Shown piece by piece: positions 7,725 through 9,975 of a DNA stretch of 9,975 nt (position 1 is the stretch's first letter; each line of letters opens with the position of its first letter). A program made the position numbers and the translations under genes. The stretch lies in the NCBI RefSeq assembly GCF_006345805.1, contig NW_021827682.1, positions 1 through 9,975 of the forward strand, given 5' to 3'. The stretch is from Octopus sinensis (Eukaryota). The notes under the pieces were generated by a model that saw only the letters and a program-made list of their open reading frames with translations, had not been told where the DNA came from and searched no databases.

Positions 7725-8064
7725 TGTCAATGCGACGATCACACGCTACACATTCCAAGCACTGCAATAAACAGCTGCAGTGAATTATAACGTTAAAAAA
7801 TTAATGCGCATGTACAGCAGTGTTGAAGGTCAATATGTGCCCAGCGGCTTTATTCTGCGTGTTTTAGCTTCGTTACTATGTCAACAATCCCGATACATAT
7901 TGATCAGACCACGTATAGTTTATTTTTAGAGTTCGATTTTCGATTTGACGAGATATGTTTCTTTATTAGCCACACAGGGCTGCACACAGACGGGACAGAT
8001 TACAAAATAGAGCTTTTCTTTTGTTGGAGAAAAAAAAGTGGGGTTTTCGATCAAAAGGGATCGT

Positions 8065-8225
8065 AAAAGGGAAAGAAGAAGGAAAAAAGAAAAAAAAAAG
8101 AAACAAAAGAAAAGAAAAAGAAAAAAAAGGAAAAAAGGGGAAAAGAAAAAAAAAGGAAAAAAGGGGGAAAAAAAGGAAAAACGGGGAACAGAAACAAAAG
8201 GAAAAAGGGGGGAAAGGAAAAAAAT
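8065..8225. repeat. ~160 nt A/G-rich low-complexity tract (T-rich in the LINE sense) flanked by a 16-bp direct repeat
   Basis: gatcaaaagggatcgt (8049-8064) vs gatcaatagggatcgt (8226-8241), 15/16 identical. Confidence 0.9.
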
Positions 8226-8416
8226 GATCAATAGGGATCGTGTATCACAGTGTCATGATGTACGGTTTAAAGGGAGAAGCGGATAAGGTTTATCCGTGGG
8301 AAGAAATGCCTACGGAAAAGACCACGGTAACCTCGGTCATATTTGTTACATGTTACCTCATTTGTTTGCAAGTGGGTAACCATCTATTTTCAATTTCTAC
8401 GTTCATAGAATTATGC

Positions 8417-9975
8417 TCAAGTGGCTTCGTCATTCATACTTGCCATCCTTGCTACATTCAGCCATCTTTTTTTAAACATTCGCTAGACAAAACTTGCCTT
8501 TCTACTCTCACTTTCCTTTTCAAGTGATACTTGAAGAATTGATGAGATTGACCGAGAAAGTGTTTGTCTCCAATCCTTTCAGACGCGTCCACCAGATACA
8601 TTCTTTCGCCATAGTCACAAGGATGATGAAATAGCTCTTCCTTCCCGTTTGAAGGAAGGAGGCGGGACAATATTGACGATAGACTCAGCTGATTAAACCG
8701 ACTCGTCCACACGTGACAGTAGTTGTTCGACATAAGCCACAGGTCGGAAATTGTTGGACACTGCACGAGTGCATCAGAACGGTTTCGTCGTCGCTCTGAC
8801 CGCATCTCGGGCAAGTCGGTCCCGTGTTTCTCGTGCCGGTCTGTAGAGCTTATCCCAAACGGGTAGCGCTTCTCGGTAGCACTGCCAGGCCAAGGATCTC
8901 TGGAAGATGTCCATGTGCCCTGACCCGAAAGTCGTCCTGAAAGCGTGCCTCACAAACGGCGATCACACCTGTTCACCGTCGTCTACGTAGAGCCTGATAT
9001 GTTGCAGTCTCAGCGCGTGTCTGCGCATCATCAACGACGGCATGCCCAGTCCTCCTTTTAACGGTTGTTGACAGCAAATGGATCACCTGACCATCGGAAA
9101 GCATCCTTTCCATAAGAAGCGAAAAAGAATGCGTTCTAGTTTGGTGATGGTAGGGACGGGACAAGGCACGAAGGTCAGGCGGTAGTAGATGACGGACGCG
9201 ATGTACGAGTTCGCCACCGCCGCCCGACCTTTTAGGGACAGTTTCCTTTCGGCCCCTTTGCCGGGCGAGAGTGACCACCCTACTCGTTATCTCGTTCCAG
9301 TTTTTCTCCATTTGGAAGTACGGACCAAACCAGACCCCGAGCAACTCGACCAGACCGTCGGTCCAGCGTCCCACAACAGAGGCGCTGGATGACGGCATGG
9401 GCTTGCTTCTCCAGGTGCCGAGTCGCAATCCCACTGATTTTTCCCGGTTGATTTTCGCTCCTGTCACCGCTTCGTAGTTTTTCACTGTCTCGCCGACCTG
9501 CTCGATGTGTTCGTGGCTAGACACTGTGACGTCGTCTGCGTATACAGACACGCTCGTCCCGCATCCCAGTTCTCGCGGAATGCCCCTCAGAGACTCAAGC
9601 TTCCGCAATAATGGCTCAAGAGTCAATACGTAGAGAAGTAACGAGAGGGGCCATCCCTGATGGACCGAACGTGCGATGTCGAAAGGTCTCGATAGATGTC
9701 CATTTACGCGAATTACCGAACGGATGCCTCCGTACAAAGCAGCTGTCCAGCCACGGAAGACGGGACCGAAACCAGCTGCTCTAAGGACAGCCTCCAAGTA
9801 TCGATGGTCTACCCTATCAAAAGCTTTCGATTGATCCAAATTGATCAGCGCCCCACCCATGTCAGGTTCCTTAACTACCCTGTCTATGATGTAGCGCATC
9901 AGGTGGAGGTTGTCATGGATGCCCCGGCCCGGCATTCTGCCACCGCGTCCTGCACTTCCGCCGCGTAATGGCGCC
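8417..9975 (-). pseudogene. Tx1/L1-type ORF2 remnant: reverse transcriptase + C-terminal CCHC zinc finger, frameshifted
   Basis: PGRGIHDNL, LDQSKAFDRVDH, SVHQGWPLSLLLY (consensus VRQGCPLSP), YADD and GAKINREKS. After a frameshift at ~9255 it reads LSLKGRAAVANSYIASVIYYRL, GGLGMP, ALPVWDKL, CPRCGQSDDETVL(H)ALVQCP (~8815-8755) and FFKYHLKRKVRVERQVLS. Confidence 0.93.

Larger units (their letters stand above)
7094..7913. mobile_element. Non-autonomous mariner-family DNA transposon with long (~230-270 bp) inverted arms
   Basis: 7100-7139 matches the reverse complement of 7868-7907 at 35/40 nt, and similarity continues inward through the transposase start on both arms. The right end is followed by TA (7914-7915). 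The left end is eroded. Confidence 0.88.
7932..9975 (-). mobile_element. Tx1/L1-clade non-LTR retrotransposon, 3' portion (continues past the window edge)
   Basis: ORF2 remnant, then a 3' UTR with a T-rich tract, AATAAA at 7967-7962 (minus) and the short-repeat tail tcgtc-aaatcg-aaaatcg-aa ending at ~7932. Confidence 0.85.

Noticed and set aside
7926-8286. Poly-Lys and poly-Phe ORFs
   Set aside because: These are translations of the A-rich tract in the LINE 3' UTR.
8973-9935. 320-aa ORF as an intact RT, retron or defence-type RT gene
   Set aside because: The motifs are L1/Tx1-type with decayed residues (QGWPLSL), the tail is out of frame after ~9255, the N-terminal RT part appears missing, and the context is a eukaryotic LINE.
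1-9975. CRISPR array or prokaryotic operon
   Set aside because: There are no regularly spaced repeats with unique spacers and no gene-dense organisation.

Overview
Repeat-dense, AT-rich eukaryotic non-coding DNA. It is probably from an octopus or related cephalopod, an inference from recalled SINE sequences that was not database-checked. No intact host gene, RNA gene or CRISPR array is supported. The window holds microsatellites and low-complexity tracts plus decayed mobile elements: (1) a minus-strand CR1/L2-group LINE (~2601-5040) with a CCCH-finger ORF1, an APE endonuclease and the ORF2 C-terminus, but with the whole RT domain cleanly deleted at ~3206; (2) a tRNA-derived SINE (5727-6076, +) whose 3' end matches the 3' end of that LINE, including a hairpin with a compensatory base-pair change; (3) a fold-back mariner remnant (7094-7913) built from two inverted 5' ends; (4) the 3' part of a Tx1/L1-clade LINE (7932-9975, -) with RT, CCHC finger and 3' UTR. 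One unique segment (~1177-1508) is open on both strands and could be a host exon. The best leads are the apparent LINE-SINE partnership, the RT-less LINE and the palindromic mariner. All are variations on known transposon biology rather than a clearly new system.
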